From a virus (lineage: Duplodnaviria; Caudoviricetes), in the IMG/VR virus record IMGVR_UViG_2873737359_000001, positions 32,001 to 96,000 of that record: a DNA stretch of 64,000 bases. One strand, given 5' to 3'. Each line of letters starts with the position of its first letter. The first letter of the stretch is position 1. This document shows, one piece after another, positions 18,707 to 29,422 of the stretch. The notes beneath the pieces were generated by a model. The model made no database searches and was not told the DNA's origin. It saw nothing but the letters and a program-made list of their open reading frames with translations. The position numbers were made by a program, and so were the translations under genes.

Positions 18707-21364
18707 TTATTTCTTATTTTTTATAGAATATATTAACCTAACTAACAATTCTCCACCAATCATACAAGATGGAAAAGCAAATACAAAAATCCATTGCTTT
18801 AAATTAAGCGCAGTAGTCTGTACAAAATTACCTGCTATATTGCATAATAAAAGTGTTGCAACAATAATGCCAATTGCAATATAAACAAATGATTTATTTT
18901 CACGAATTCCTTTAAATAAATTAATGCTATCTGTACGAATCGAAAATCCATTAAATACTGCAGCAATACATAATGCAGCAAATCGTGCTGTCATAGATTC
19001 TATTTCAGTTGGATATAGATTTTTAAAGAATATAATAATTCCAAATATTAATAAAAAGTCTACGGTTGTGTCAAGTATTCTTGCCATTGCACCATTGATA
19101 AATAATCCAGATCCTTTTCTTAATGGTTTCTCTTTCATGTACTCTTCTTTCGGTGGTTCTCCACCAAAGCTTAGAGAATTCAGAGAGTCCATGATGATAT
19201 TGATAATGAGGATCTGTACTGCCGCCAGGAACGGGCTTCCTCCAGAGATAACCGGATATAACATACTCATAATAAGTAATGATATATTAATTGGAAGCTG
19301 AAACTCGAGAAACATCATAATATTATGCATAAATGTTCTACCAAGCTCTATGCCTTTTACGACACTTGCAAAGTTATTATCTGTAAGAATAATATCTCCT
19401 GCTTCCTTTGCTACATCTGACCCTGCCTGCATTGCGAAACCAACATCTGCCTTTTTAAGTGCTGGAGAATCATTTACACCATCACCTGTCATAGCGACAG
19501 ACATCCCAGCGTTCCCTTCAGACATTCCGACTCCAACAGACATTCCTGTATTCTGTGCAATATTTACAAGACGAAGCTTTGTGTTTGGTGAACATCTTGA
19601 GATTACTGTAAGCTTTGGAAGAATTTCTCTTACCTTTTCATCTGTCATAGCTTCAAATTCATCATTGGTAACAGCTAAGTCTCCTGCTCTGTAAATACCT
19701 GCTTCCGTTGCTACAGCTTTTGCTGTTTCAAGGCAATCACCAGTGATCTCAATAACCTGGATGCCTGCGTTATGTGCTACTCTGACCGCCTCTGGCACTT
19801 CCGGTCTGATCGGATCAACAACGCCAATCACACAGAGAAAACTCATATTGTCAGGAAGATCATTTTCTTTAAAGCTATCAGACATAGTTAATACAATGCA
19901 ACGCATTGCTTTTTCTGTCATTCCTTTAATATATGATCTGAGTGCGTCCTTTTTAGTTTCTCCGAACTCGTCTACGTAACCATCAGGATGAACAAAATGA
20001 GTACATCCATCAATTAACTTCTCTGGCGCACCTTTATAAAATGTTACAGTATTTTCACCATTGTCTACCATAATGGCCGAATATTTATTTTCACTACTGA
20101 ATGGCTGTTTTGCCTTGACTGTAAATCTATTCTTAACACCGGAAGCATCCGTTGAAGAATACATACCAAGTACGGCGCGATCAATAGAGTTACCGCCAGT
20201 AATATTTCCATTAGAATCAAATTCTGCACTGTTATTTAGGCAAATATTATTCATAATCAAATCATTAAGCACAGATTTTGAATTCATAATATTCTCACAC
20301 AATCCGTTTACCATTGTCTTCGGAGTCATTACTCCAGTGGTGAGGGTTCCTGTTTTATCAGTACAAATAAGATTTACGTATGCAAGCTCTGGAATCTTTC
20401 CTGGATTTTTGGCCAGGATATTAAATTTTTCCATAGTACTTACATTTTGCTTTGTAACAAGTTTAATAATAAGTGGCAATCCTTCCGGAACCGCAGCTAC
20501 AATAATCGTTAGTGCATTTGCAAAGTTCTGTGCGATTTTCTGTACGATTTCAAGAATATCTCCTGAAAAATATGAGCCAAAACCACCAACATTCATAATT
20601 CCGGATACAGTCATGACAATAAAAGCAAGAACTGCTGCGATTGTTCCCCACTTGGAAATAAAATTGCACAGATTATCAATCGCAATATCAAGAGCTGTTT
20701 TGGGAGCTTCAAGAGTTTGCATTTTAACAAGCGTATCGCCATTAACTGTGTTTATACCGACAGCCGTTACAAGCATTTTGCCTTCCCCGGCAACTACTGT
20801 AGTACCTGCAAAAAGGTAGTTTTGATTAGTATATGTATCTGTAGATGTTGATTTGGTATAAACGAATCCATCTATCGGAGTTTTAACGCATTCTTTTGTT
20901 TCACCATTGATGGCCGCATTATTTACAGAGATTTTTCCTTCAACAATATATCCATCTGCAAAGATTTCCTGGCCAGTTCTAATAATGACGAGATCTCCAA
21001 CTACAATATCATCTTTATTAATTGTTTGTAGCTTCCCATCTCTAATTACATCGCAATATCGCACGGATGTTTTAGCTCTTAGCTCTGCAGCTGATTTCTG
21101 AACACCAAGTCCAGTCTTAATTGCCAAACCAGTAACAATGGCAAGAACTAAGAGGATCATAATTGGTTCGGATAACTCCGCTACACCTAATATTCCAAGC
21201 ACAAGTTCAAATACAGCGATAATAATTAAAATCAATGTAATTGGTTCTGTCAGTGCTTCTTTTGCAAAATGATACCATTTCTTTTGTTTCGGTTCAGGAA
21301 GCTTGTTACTCCCATGTAATCTTCGGCTCTCTTCAACCTGTTCATTTGATAAACCGTTCTTCAT
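18707..21364 (-). CDS. P-type cation-transporting ATPase (Ca2+-type P2)
   Basis: AVPEGLP, CTDKTGTLT, KGAPE, DPIRP, ITGD, TGDGVNDSPALK, multiple TMs. Confidence 0.95.
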   Translation of the reverse strand: MKNGLSNEQVEESRRLHGSNKLPEPKQKKWYHFAKEALTEPITLILIIIAVFELVLGILGVAELSEPIMILLVLAIVTGLAIKTGLGVQKSAAELRAKTSVRYCDVIRDGKLQTINKDDIVVGDLVIIRTGQEIFADGYIVEGKISVNNAAINGETKECVKTPIDGFVYTKSTSTDTYTNQNYLFAGTTVVAGEGKMLVTAVGINTVNGDTLVKMQTLEAPKTALDIAIDNLCNFISKWGTIAAVLAFIVMTVSGIMNVGGFGSYFSGDILEIVQKIAQNFANALTIIVAAVPEGLPLIIKLVTKQNVSTMEKFNILAKNPGKIPELAYVNLICTDKTGTLTTGVMTPKTMVNGLCENIMNSKSVLNDLIMNNICLNNSAEFDSNGNITGGNSIDRAVLGMYSSTDASGVKNRFTVKAKQPFSSENKYSAIMVDNGENTVTFYKGAPEKLIDGCTHFVHPDGYVDEFGETKKDALRSYIKGMTEKAMRCIVLTMSDSFKENDLPDNMSFLCVIGVVDPIRPEVPEAVRVAHNAGIQVIEITGDCLETAKAVATEAGIYRAGDLAVTNDEFEAMTDEKVREILPKLTVISRCSPNTKLRLVNIAQNTGMSVGVGMSEGNAGMSVAMTGDGVNDSPALKKADVGFAMQAGSDVAKEAGDIILTDNNFASVVKGIELGRTFMHNIMMFLEFQLPINISLLIMSMLYPVISGGSPFLAAVQILIINIIMDSLNSLSFGGEPPKEEYMKEKPLRKGSGLFINGAMARILDTTVDFLLIFGIIIFFKNLYPTEIESMTARFAALCIAAVFNGFSIRTDSINLFKGIRENKSFVYIAIGIIVATLLLCNIAGNFVQTTALNLKQWIFVFAFPSCMIGGELLVRLIYSIKNKK

Positions 21365-21556
21365 TTAAAATTTCCTTTCTATTTCTTCTAATATTCTGCA
21401 AAGCTTTCCCAGCTTTCCAGTAAATTTATATATTATCATCACTACTGCGTACATAAAGGTTATAAAAAATACTATGAAAACTAATATTCCCATTAATACC
21501 AATACAAAGTACGCAGTAAGTAATGTAATATTTAACAATTCTGTGATCAACATCAT
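21365..21556 (-). CDS. Small membrane protein
   Basis: Hydrophobic 63-aa ORF coupled to its neighbours. Confidence 0.55.
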   Translation of the reverse strand: MMLITELLNITLLTAYFVLVLMGILVFIVFFITFMYAVVMIIYKFTGKLGKLCRILEEIERKF

Positions 21557-21933
21557 GCCTTAAGCATTGCCTGTAGTTCCTCAATAGACTTTCCGGCAAG
21601 CTCTTCATTCTGTTTGCGCTCAATCAGTTCAAGCAGTTTCTGATTGTATTCTTTTTTGTCTTTTGCCTGAAGACGCTCTTCAATCTCTTCCTGCTTAAAT
21701 TTAACAATATATTTTACAATCTGAATCTTATTATCAAGTTCCTGATCTTCTGCTGTTTTTACCTGAAGAAGACTCTCTTCGTCATTCTGTTTTTTCTGTT
21801 TATTAAGAGATTTGAATACAGAATCAAGATCCTGCAATTTCAGATCCCAAAGATCCTCGACAGAAATCATTCCTTTAAATGGGAAACGATATTTTCCCTT
21901 TGTAGCTGCTTCAAAAATGTTTGTGATTGTCAT
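21553..21933 (-). CDS. Conserved phage hypothetical protein, likely partner of the upstream 698-aa gene
   Basis: FEAATKGKYRFPFKGMISVEDLWDL; AGGAG RBS. Confidence 0.75.
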   Translation of the reverse strand: MTITNIFEAATKGKYRFPFKGMISVEDLWDLKLQDLDSVFKSLNKQKKQNDEESLLQVKTAEDQELDNKIQIVKYIVKFKQEEIEERLQAKDKKEYNQKLLELIERKQNEELAGKSIEELQAMLKA

Positions 21934-21988
21934 AATCTTATCTCCTTTTTATAATATTGATATAAAATTTATTAATAACAGTGTCAAA

Positions 21989-24085
21989 TTAGAATTTAAT
22001 CTTTAATACTCTTTCTGTATTTCCTTTGACTTTTACAATTAAATCATTTCTCTTTGTAAAACTAAATCCCACACCAGAAAGTTGATCATCTACATCTTTT
22101 ACATGCGCTTTTGCTCCAAGTGCTTCAAATACTCTTTTGTGTTTCTCAAGGTCTGATTTAAGAAATTCATTATAAAATCCATTAGGCTCTTCTGGATTTA
22201 TACAATCTTTTAACATAAAGAATAAATGCTGATGTCCAATTCCCTTCTGTTCATCCCAATAATTTGGAGAATAGCATACAACTGATACAGGTACAAACTG
22301 AAGAGTTTTAATTCCCCATACATCTTTGCTAACAGTAGCGCAATTTCCGTTGAGTTTATCTACAACTTTAAAGTTTCCATCATTATCAAGAATAACTTCA
22401 GCAACATCTACATCTCTACGTACTGGATGATTATATTCATAAGAATGAATTTCTCCATTTACTTCGATCTCGGCTTTAAATCCCTGAGAATTTCTATACG
22501 AATACTGGTTAACATAAAATCTATATGTTCCAGGAATCATATTTGCTTTTGATGGAAAAGTAATATTTTCAACTGCAACACCTTTGCTTGCTTTGCACTG
22601 CTCAATCGGATGTGTAATATCAATGTCAAGATTTCCATTTGTACGTCTTGATACCTTATGACCAAAGTAAATGTGATCCCCGTCTCCCGGCTCTACGCAG
22701 TGAGCATCAAGATCTGAATTATCTTTTCCGTCTCCGTCATTCCACTGAATGGAAAATCTTACAATACCTGTTACAGATCCACCGGCTGCTTTTACATTTT
22801 CCTTGATATCGGAATCAGTAATATTTCCGGTATAAGCCCAAGAAAAACCATTATTCCATTTAAACATTGTCTTTGCTTCTTTGTTTTCTGGGGCAATCAA
22901 AGATACCATATTCTGTACATGTTTGTTCTCAAGATATACTTCGAGTTCCTTTGCAATTGGAAGCACATTCTTAATAAAGTCTTCTACAGAAATCTCTTCT
23001 ACTCTCGTAAATTTCTTTGGATCAATAGCTACTTCACTTTCCATCTCATCAAAAAGATCCATAGCTCCGGAAATTCTCTTTGCTGAATCTTTGTTAGAGA
23101 ACAGGATGTTATTTACAGTAATATCATCCAGCGTTGCAAATCTTCTCTGCAGTGCATCCATATATCCAAGTTCTGTAATAGTTTTCTTTGCATCTTCTAG
23201 CATCTTTTTAGTGAAAATTGCTTTCGGACGTTTGTAATTTGCAGGAGCTACGATTTGTTCATATTTCTTTACTGCTGTATCAAGTTCCATTCCTTCAGAA
23301 ATATTTACAAGTAATGTTCCAATACTGTGGTTACGAATCTTGCCAATAACAGCCCCAGCTTCAATAGATTTCTCCCAGGCATACAGATCTTTTTCTTTGC
23401 CTTCATACATTTTGCTGTACTCTTTCTGATATCTTTTAAATTCAGTAAGAGGTTTCTTCCACTCCGCTCCCTTGTATAATGAATTCTGCGCGATCAGCTC
23501 AAGAACTGTTTCTGTCGCTTCAATAGAAATCTCATCTAATGATCTTTTAAATACATGTTTGATTGCATTGTAATTTCCTTTTACAGTATCTTTAGTTTCA
23601 TATCCTGTATAGATGAATTTCTTTGGGATATTCATAAAGAAATGATCGTATGTATTAACCTCTCCGGTTGGAAGCATTTCTCTGCTTTTCTTTGTTCCGA
23701 TCACAGCTTCGTCTCTTACATACACTCCGTTAACATAACACTTCTTAATATATAGATCCATTACTTTTGCTACTACTGAATATATTCCGTCGTTGATATT
23801 AAGGTTCCAGATAGTATCTACTTTCCCATCTTTAATAGTTACTACATTGCCAAGATCCCTAATAAAATGCCTGCAGCAGCTACAATCATATTTTCTTCTC
23901 TTTCTGTAAATTTCATTTGTTCCATCAGGAAATGAATCAAGATACAAATTATAAAACATTTCTGGATCCACATTAACAGTAAATAATACTTTTGCATCCT
24001 TTGTCATCTCTGTAAAATGTTTCTGCATCTCTTTTACAAACTCTGTAAATTTCATGTTTTTCTCCCTTTCTTTTAAATACATCAT
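21989..24085 (-). CDS. Large conserved phage protein with C-terminal YfaP/DUF2135-like motifs
   Basis: YDCSCCRHFI near the N terminus; DLDAH, LDID, VENI near the C terminus. Start probably MKFTEF at ~24055. Confidence 0.65.
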   Translation of the reverse strand: MMYLKEREKNMKFTEFVKEMQKHFTEMTKDAKVLFTVNVDPEMFYNLYLDSFPDGTNEIYRKRRKYDCSCCRHFIRDLGNVVTIKDGKVDTIWNLNINDGIYSVVAKVMDLYIKKCYVNGVYVRDEAVIGTKKSREMLPTGEVNTYDHFFMNIPKKFIYTGYETKDTVKGNYNAIKHVFKRSLDEISIEATETVLELIAQNSLYKGAEWKKPLTEFKRYQKEYSKMYEGKEKDLYAWEKSIEAGAVIGKIRNHSIGTLLVNISEGMELDTAVKKYEQIVAPANYKRPKAIFTKKMLEDAKKTITELGYMDALQRRFATLDDITVNNILFSNKDSAKRISGAMDLFDEMESEVAIDPKKFTRVEEISVEDFIKNVLPIAKELEVYLENKHVQNMVSLIAPENKEAKTMFKWNNGFSWAYTGNITDSDIKENVKAAGGSVTGIVRFSIQWNDGDGKDNSDLDAHCVEPGDGDHIYFGHKVSRRTNGNLDIDITHPIEQCKASKGVAVENITFPSKANMIPGTYRFYVNQYSYRNSQGFKAEIEVNGEIHSYEYNHPVRRDVDVAEVILDNDGNFKVVDKLNGNCATVSKDVWGIKTLQFVPVSVVCYSPNYWDEQKGIGHQHLFFMLKDCINPEEPNGFYNEFLKSDLEKHKRVFEALGAKAHVKDVDDQLSGVGFSFTKRNDLIVKVKGNTERVLKIKF

Positions 24086-24124
24086 TTTAAGTAAAATTTA
24101 TATTTTACAGTATTGAATGATATT

Positions 24125-24153
24125 AATATATCACTTTTGACTCTCTGTGTCAA
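24125..24153 (-). promoter_or_regulatory. Sigma-A promoter flanked by two copies of the repeated element
   Basis: TTGACA-17-TATATT with extended TG. Confidence 0.7.
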
Positions 24154-24189
24154 TATCAAATTTATTAATAACATTCTCAAAAGTAAACT

Positions 24190-25053
24190 TTATAACTGAC
24201 AGTATTCATCTTCACTAATAATAGGAATATTTAATTCCGCTGCTTTCTTATTTTTACTAGATCCACTTTCCTTATCATTAGTAATCAAGTAATCTGTTGC
24301 TTTTGTAACTCCAGACACAACTTTCCCTCCTTTCGATTCTATGTCTGCTACAAGTGCATCACGGTTTGCGAATTTCTTCAGCTTGCCAGTGATACAGAAT
24401 TTCTTTCCTTCTAACGATGTGTTTGCAGCTATACTTTCAACTGTATTATCTTGAAATGTAAATTGCGATGCTAAAGCGCATACATAATCATAATTCTCTT
24501 TAAAATAATTATGAATTGAGTTATTTCTTTCTACACCCAGTCCTTCAATATGTGTGAAATCATAATTTTCTGCTGCATCAACTATAAATGTATTAATAGG
24601 TTCTAATAAGTTTGTTTCTTTTGTCCTTATTCTTTCATGTTTGGCAATATCTTTGGCCGCTCTGCTTCCAATAAGAGGAATGTTCAGTCCCACAATAAAC
24701 TTTTCAAGAGTTGTGTTCCTGCTGTCATCAATTGCCTTGAGTAAGTTACTGATCTTTTTCGCTCCCATTTTAGGTAAATATGCAAGCTGCTCTTTCTTTT
24801 CTTTTAAATGGTACAGATCAATAGGAGATTCTACTAATCCTCTCTGTATCATAAGACTTAATGTTGCCTCAGATAACCCATTGATATCGTGTGCTTTTTT
24901 CCCTACGAAAGCACAAAGTTCACCCAAAAGCTTTCCTTTACACTGAGCATTCATGCACATAAGAACTTCAGAGTCTTTTTCTTTTACTACAGATACCGGC
25001 TTACCACAAATCGGGCATACTTCAGGGATTTGAATAAATCTTATATTGTTCAT
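24190..25053 (-). CDS. ligA: NAD-dependent DNA ligase, C-terminal half (Zn finger, HhH, BRCT)
   Basis: PEVCPICG..C.N..C, HhH repeats, BRCT GKKFCITG...KAAELNIPII. Own GGAGGT RBS; ATG overlaps the HNH stop (TAATG). Confidence 0.9.
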   Translation of the reverse strand: MNNIRFIQIPEVCPICGKPVSVVKEKDSEVLMCMNAQCKGKLLGELCAFVGKKAHDINGLSEATLSLMIQRGLVESPIDLYHLKEKKEQLAYLPKMGAKKISNLLKAIDDSRNTTLEKFIVGLNIPLIGSRAAKDIAKHERIRTKETNLLEPINTFIVDAAENYDFTHIEGLGVERNNSIHNYFKENYDYVCALASQFTFQDNTVESIAANTSLEGKKFCITGKLKKFANRDALVADIESKGGKVVSGVTKATDYLITNDKESGSSKNKKAAELNIPIISEDEYCQL

Positions 25054-25613
25054 TATACATACCTCCAATGATATTTTAGATTTTTAGTTTTTAATCCGTT
25101 ACACATTCTTGCAATGGTGTGTTCGCAATCACCTGTATCCATAGACGCTGAACGAATAGATCTGTATGTCTTACCTGTTTCTTCGCATAAAACGCGCTTC
25201 CACGATTGATTATTTGTTGTAGATTTTTTAGCACGTTCTATTCTTGTTCCATATTCTACATTATATTTAGGGGTACACCATTCTAAATTATCAGAACTAT
25301 TATTCATTTTATTTTCATCTATATGATTTACCTGTGTTTTATGTATAGAATCGTCATTAGTTACAAATGCTGTGGCTACCAAACGATGTATTAATTTGTT
25401 TTCAGTTTTTCCATTCTTGCATAAAATAACAAACGGATAATGCTGATTATCTTTAGGTAAATAAATTTTTAATAATCTTTCGCCAGTATTTCTATAACCA
25501 TTTTTATTTTTTACAATTCTATTCAAACTTTTAACATTACCTAAATTACTTATTTGATAATACCCCTCATATCCTATTATATCTTTCCATATTTCTATTT
25601 TTATATTATCCAT
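25053..25613 (-). CDS. NUMOD4-HNH homing endonuclease interrupting ligA
   Basis: EIWKDIIGYEGYYQISNLGNVKS (NUMOD4); HRLVA..F...VNHIDENKMNNSSDNLEWCT (HNH). Confidence 0.92.
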   Translation of the reverse strand: MDNIKIEIWKDIIGYEGYYQISNLGNVKSLNRIVKNKNGYRNTGERLLKIYLPKDNQHYPFVILCKNGKTENKLIHRLVATAFVTNDDSIHKTQVNHIDENKMNNSSDNLEWCTPKYNVEYGTRIERAKKSTTNNQSWKRVLCEETGKTYRSIRSASMDTGDCEHTIARMCNGLKTKNLKYHWRYV

Positions 25614-26758
25614 TTATCATCCACCATTTCTGCTTTTGTAATATATGGAATTACTTGGTTTGCTTTAATTATCCATAATTTTTGTCCAACATAAGGATAC
25701 CCCAATTTTTCTTTTAATATAGAAAGATTAAATAAACTAGCTTTTGTTATAACACTTCCTTCTATTTCGATAGGTTTAAATACGGCTATCGGAGAAATAA
25801 TTCCGGTTTTACCAACTTGCCATTCAATATTAATAAGTGTCGTAATATATTCTTCATTATAAAACTTGTATGCAAGAGAATGTCTTGGAAATTTATCCGT
25901 CACACCAAGCGACAAACCATAAAGAATATCATCATAAGTTACTACCATTCCATCAATAGGATAACTATACTCTTCTGCAGCCATCCTCAGACATTCAATA
26001 GTATCTTCCATTGAATTATGAGTATCTACAGCGTGAATATACGGTACAATATCAAAGCCTAATTCCTTTGCTTTTTCTAATCGTTCATTAAAACTGTTAA
26101 TCTGTTCCATCCCGGCTGGAACTTTCCATACAACAAATTTTACATGGCGTTGTTTTGCGATTTTACTGTCAAGCTGTCTTACGGATCCCGAAGCAAGATT
26201 ACGTGGATTTTTATATTTGGCATCCGGATCTTTAATCTTTGCATTGATTTTTTCAAAGTCATCATATGTAATAATTGCTTCTCCTTCAATTTCTACATGT
26301 CCAGGAAGATTGATATGGAGAGGGATATTATCAAATACCTTTGCATTATGTGTAATTAATTCTCCTACCGATCCATTTCCACGTGTCTCAGCGCGAATTA
26401 ATTCTCCGTTTTCATATGTAATAAGACAAGTTAAGCCGTCCATCTTACACATTAATACAAATTCCTTATCTCCAATGAATTTCTTTAACACATTTACATC
26501 TTTCGTTTTATCTAGCGACATCATAAGATGACTATGTGCTGTCTTCACTAATTCACTTTTGACCTCACATCCTACATGCTGCGTAGGAGAATTGCTTAAT
26601 ATAATTCCAGTTTCCTTTTCCATATTTAAAAGTTGATCATATTTCTGATCGAATTCAAAATCAGATATCAAACTTTTTGATTGATTATAATATGCATCGC
26701 AATACTTATTTAACTCTGCTACGAGTTCTTTCATCTCATTTACTTTATTCATCTTCAT
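25601..26758 (-). CDS. ligA: NAD-dependent DNA ligase, N-terminal half (Ia, adenylation, OB)
   Basis: YY..ISDFEFD, MMSLDK, KMDG adenylation motif, TRGNG, NPRNLASGS, DGMVV, AYKF, QVGKTG. Confidence 0.93.
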   Translation of the reverse strand: MKMNKVNEMKELVAELNKYCDAYYNQSKSLISDFEFDQKYDQLLNMEKETGIILSNSPTQHVGCEVKSELVKTAHSHLMMSLDKTKDVNVLKKFIGDKEFVLMCKMDGLTCLITYENGELIRAETRGNGSVGELITHNAKVFDNIPLHINLPGHVEIEGEAIITYDDFEKINAKIKDPDAKYKNPRNLASGSVRQLDSKIAKQRHVKFVVWKVPAGMEQINSFNERLEKAKELGFDIVPYIHAVDTHNSMEDTIECLRMAAEEYSYPIDGMVVTYDDILYGLSLGVTDKFPRHSLAYKFYNEEYITTLINIEWQVGKTGIISPIAVFKPIEIEGSVITKASLFNLSILKEKLGYPYVGQKLWIIKANQVIPYITKAEMVDDKWII

Positions 26759-26797
26759 TATATATAATCACTCCAAATTTATTAATAATAGTCTCAA

Positions 26798-27109
26798 TCA
26801 ATTAAGAAAATCAATATTAACAATCCAGGAATCTCCAGTAAGCTCAATAGACTCTTCAATATCAGGGTCACATTCTGGTATCTCATACCGAATTTTACAT
26901 TCATTGAGATCAATATTTAATTCCGTTCCATTTGCACAAATACTCATAATATCTTGTGTTGAGAATTCAATATCTCCAGGCGTACATGACATATGTGATG
27001 ATATAATATCATTACTGATAGTCATATGTACTGCAAGCAACTTACCTGGATCCTCTGCTGCAGCCATAAACGCGTTTTCAATGTCTTCAATTGTCACAGT
27101 GTTAATCAT
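26798..27109 (-). CDS. Hypothetical acidic protein
   Basis: 103 aa with AGGAG RBS, downstream of a repeated element. Confidence 0.65.
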   Translation of the reverse strand: MINTVTIEDIENAFMAAAEDPGKLLAVHMTISNDIISSHMSCTPGDIEFSTQDIMSICANGTELNIDLNECKIRYEIPECDPDIEESIELTGDSWIVNIDFLN

Positions 27110-27183
27110 TTTTCATTTCTCCTTGAATTATTATTTATATAAAATTTATATATTACACTATCAAAGTATGCTTTGACGACTAT

Positions 27184-28074
27184 TTATAAATAGTCGCCAA
27201 ATTGCCTTATAAAAAACGATGGAACTATTTTTGCTCCATATTGATTAATAATCTCATCCTGATATTGTATTAAGTATTCCTTTGGAGTTAATTTTGTTTC
27301 TTTTGTTCTCTTTTTAACAAAGTCTATTCTGCCAGAATCAATAATTGAATTAGGTGTCACAACATTGTTAATATGAGATAACGATTTGGTAATACTAATA
27401 TACGCAGAATTTCTTGTTGCAGGGCGATTATAGCAACTTTTAAATACATCAATATGACCTGACGAATCAATAAGTGACAATACCCTAGTACTTGTTTCAT
27501 ATTCATAAGTATTTGCACTTTTTAATATAATGTTAATAAGAGCATCAGACAACATTACTACTCTTCCGGATGTAAGCTTTGCCTTTTTATTTTGTATATC
27601 TACATCTTCTAAATGAAGTTTGTATATATCTTCGTATTTATTTCCTCTTCCAAATTCAAATAATGCAAGCATTGCGTACTGATCACGCGGCTCTAAATTA
27701 ATAATTGCAGTTAATAACTCGTCTTTTGTTACTATTTGCATTTTTTGTATCAATTTATTTAAACATGCATTTAGTTCATCCCTTTTAAATTCCTGGAAAT
27801 GATTTTGGCAGTCTCTAACTAATCCCCTATTAATACAAAATGTTGTATAAGATATAAATACTGTATTAATTGTACTTAAAGTATTAGCTGAAGAAATATT
27901 CCATAATTTATACATATTTGATATATCTACAAATGTAAACATGCATAAATCTTTATTTAATTTCTCTTCATACGAAGTGGTTCTTTCAAAAATCGATTCA
28001 AGAAAAATTCTATTTATAATAGTTGTTTTTTCTTTATAATCAATGTAGAGCTTTTTTATATCGTGATTATACAT
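27184..28074 (-). CDS. Integrase-fold lytic-cycle repressor, MrpR(YopR)-like
   Basis: MYN..IK..Y...F.....YEEKLNKDL..F N terminus; degenerate tyrosine-recombinase core (RDQYAMLALFEFG, SIIDSGRI); synteny with the two upstream genes. Confidence 0.6.
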   Translation of the reverse strand: MYNHDIKKLYIDYKEKTTIINRIFLESIFERTTSYEEKLNKDLCMFTFVDISNMYKLWNISSANTLSTINTVFISYTTFCINRGLVRDCQNHFQEFKRDELNACLNKLIQKMQIVTKDELLTAIINLEPRDQYAMLALFEFGRGNKYEDIYKLHLEDVDIQNKKAKLTSGRVVMLSDALINIILKSANTYEYETSTRVLSLIDSSGHIDVFKSCYNRPATRNSAYISITKSLSHINNVVTPNSIIDSGRIDFVKKRTKETKLTPKEYLIQYQDEIINQYGAKIVPSFFIRQFGDYL

Positions 28075-28075
28075 T

Positions 28076-29389
28076 TTACACCTCTTCCTGTATTATTTCT
28101 TTTATCTTTTTTATAGCCACTTTCCCTGTGCTCTGAATTACTTGAGTTGGAAGTTTATTTTTGTTTTCAAATACTTTATGAATATCATTTACCATATTAT
28201 CCTTTGGTTTACCTTGATAAATATAGAATACAGATAAAATTATCAATATATCTCTTTTGGTGTATTCCATGCTTAAAAAGGTGTTATCGGCTTCTGTAAG
28301 TATATTAAATTCTTCAATCAACTCCTTAGAAACAGATATTTTTAATTTGCGTTTTTCATCATTAGTCATAAAAAATCTTGAATGGAAAAATATTTTACGA
28401 AGCACATCTGAAAAAGTTGCAAAATCTATCGGGGTCTGATATCTTCCAATCATTCCATATATATTGCATAGGCTATTTTCATTGATTGTCTTTGTAATAA
28501 TATTTGCTAAATCACTAGAATTATATGAATTAGTATTAACCTTTGACATTTTTGTTTTCTGTGCCTGCTGATAAATATACCTTTGAGATTTTTCTACATT
28601 AAAATTGGTAATACGAAGTTCCATTTCTTGATTACATTTTGGATAAGAACGTTTCGCTCCTAATAATGCCAGGTAACGATGATATCCATCATTAATATCA
28701 AATGCATCAATATGATAAACAATTAATTGCTTCTGTTTAGAATCATAGTAAAAACTTGCTTCATTATCTTCATTTATATTTTTAGGAATATTTAATGTAA
28801 TATCTGAAGGAATATAACTTTCTCCTATAATGTCTTCCTTAATAGCATTAACAGCTTTTTGATCAATAGTAATTTTATAAAAAGATTCTTCGTTTCTTGT
28901 TACTTTTGTCATTGCTCGCTGAGTCTCTGGATTATAATTGATTAATCCTTTATTCATAAAATAATATAATTGATCAGAGTCAATTTTGCCAATCCACTGA
29001 TCATCTGCAATTTCAATCATATCAAATTTTAAGGGCCATTCTATTTCTTTTTCCATAGGATCATCGTCAAATTTAGATCCACTATAGTCATGAATTTCCT
29101 TTGAAGTAAAATAATCTGACAACTTATTTAAACCTTTTCCGTTTCCATTATTTATCTTAATTTGACTAAGATAACTATCCAGCATTACAAATAGTTCTAA
29201 ATCAGATGCTTCAATCAAATTTTTTCGAGTAGATGTATATTCAGAAAATTGAAGTTTGGTAAAATTATAAGTATTTTCAGCATAATCATACATTGCCTGC
29301 TCTAAAGACTTATCATTTAATAAAACTCTAATGAACCTTTCTTCCATATATTTAATCAATACACTTCGATCAACTAACATCTTGACCAC
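28076..29389 (-). CDS. DGQHR/DndB-like (ParB-related) protein, YopQ-like position
   Basis: YNPETQR, ITLN and INDGYHR motifs. Confidence 0.6.
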   Translation of the reverse strand: MVKMLVDRSVLIKYMEERFIRVLLNDKSLEQAMYDYAENTYNFTKLQFSEYTSTRKNLIEASDLELFVMLDSYLSQIKINNGNGKGLNKLSDYFTSKEIHDYSGSKFDDDPMEKEIEWPLKFDMIEIADDQWIGKIDSDQLYYFMNKGLINYNPETQRAMTKVTRNEESFYKITIDQKAVNAIKEDIIGESYIPSDITLNIPKNINEDNEASFYYDSKQKQLIVYHIDAFDINDGYHRYLALLGAKRSYPKCNQEMELRITNFNVEKSQRYIYQQAQKTKMSKVNTNSYNSSDLANIITKTINENSLCNIYGMIGRYQTPIDFATFSDVLRKIFFHSRFFMTNDEKRKLKISVSKELIEEFNILTEADNTFLSMEYTKRDILIILSVFYIYQGKPKDNMVNDIHKVFENKNKLPTQVIQSTGKVAIKKIKEIIQEEV

Positions 29390-29422
29390 CTCTCTTTTAT
29401 TTTAGTATTGCCTTGGAGCAAA

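Noticed and set aside
25053-25613. Group I intron or intein in ligA
   Set aside because: No flanking non-coding core, the halves have their own stop, start and RBS, and there are no intein terminal residues. RT-PCR would settle it.
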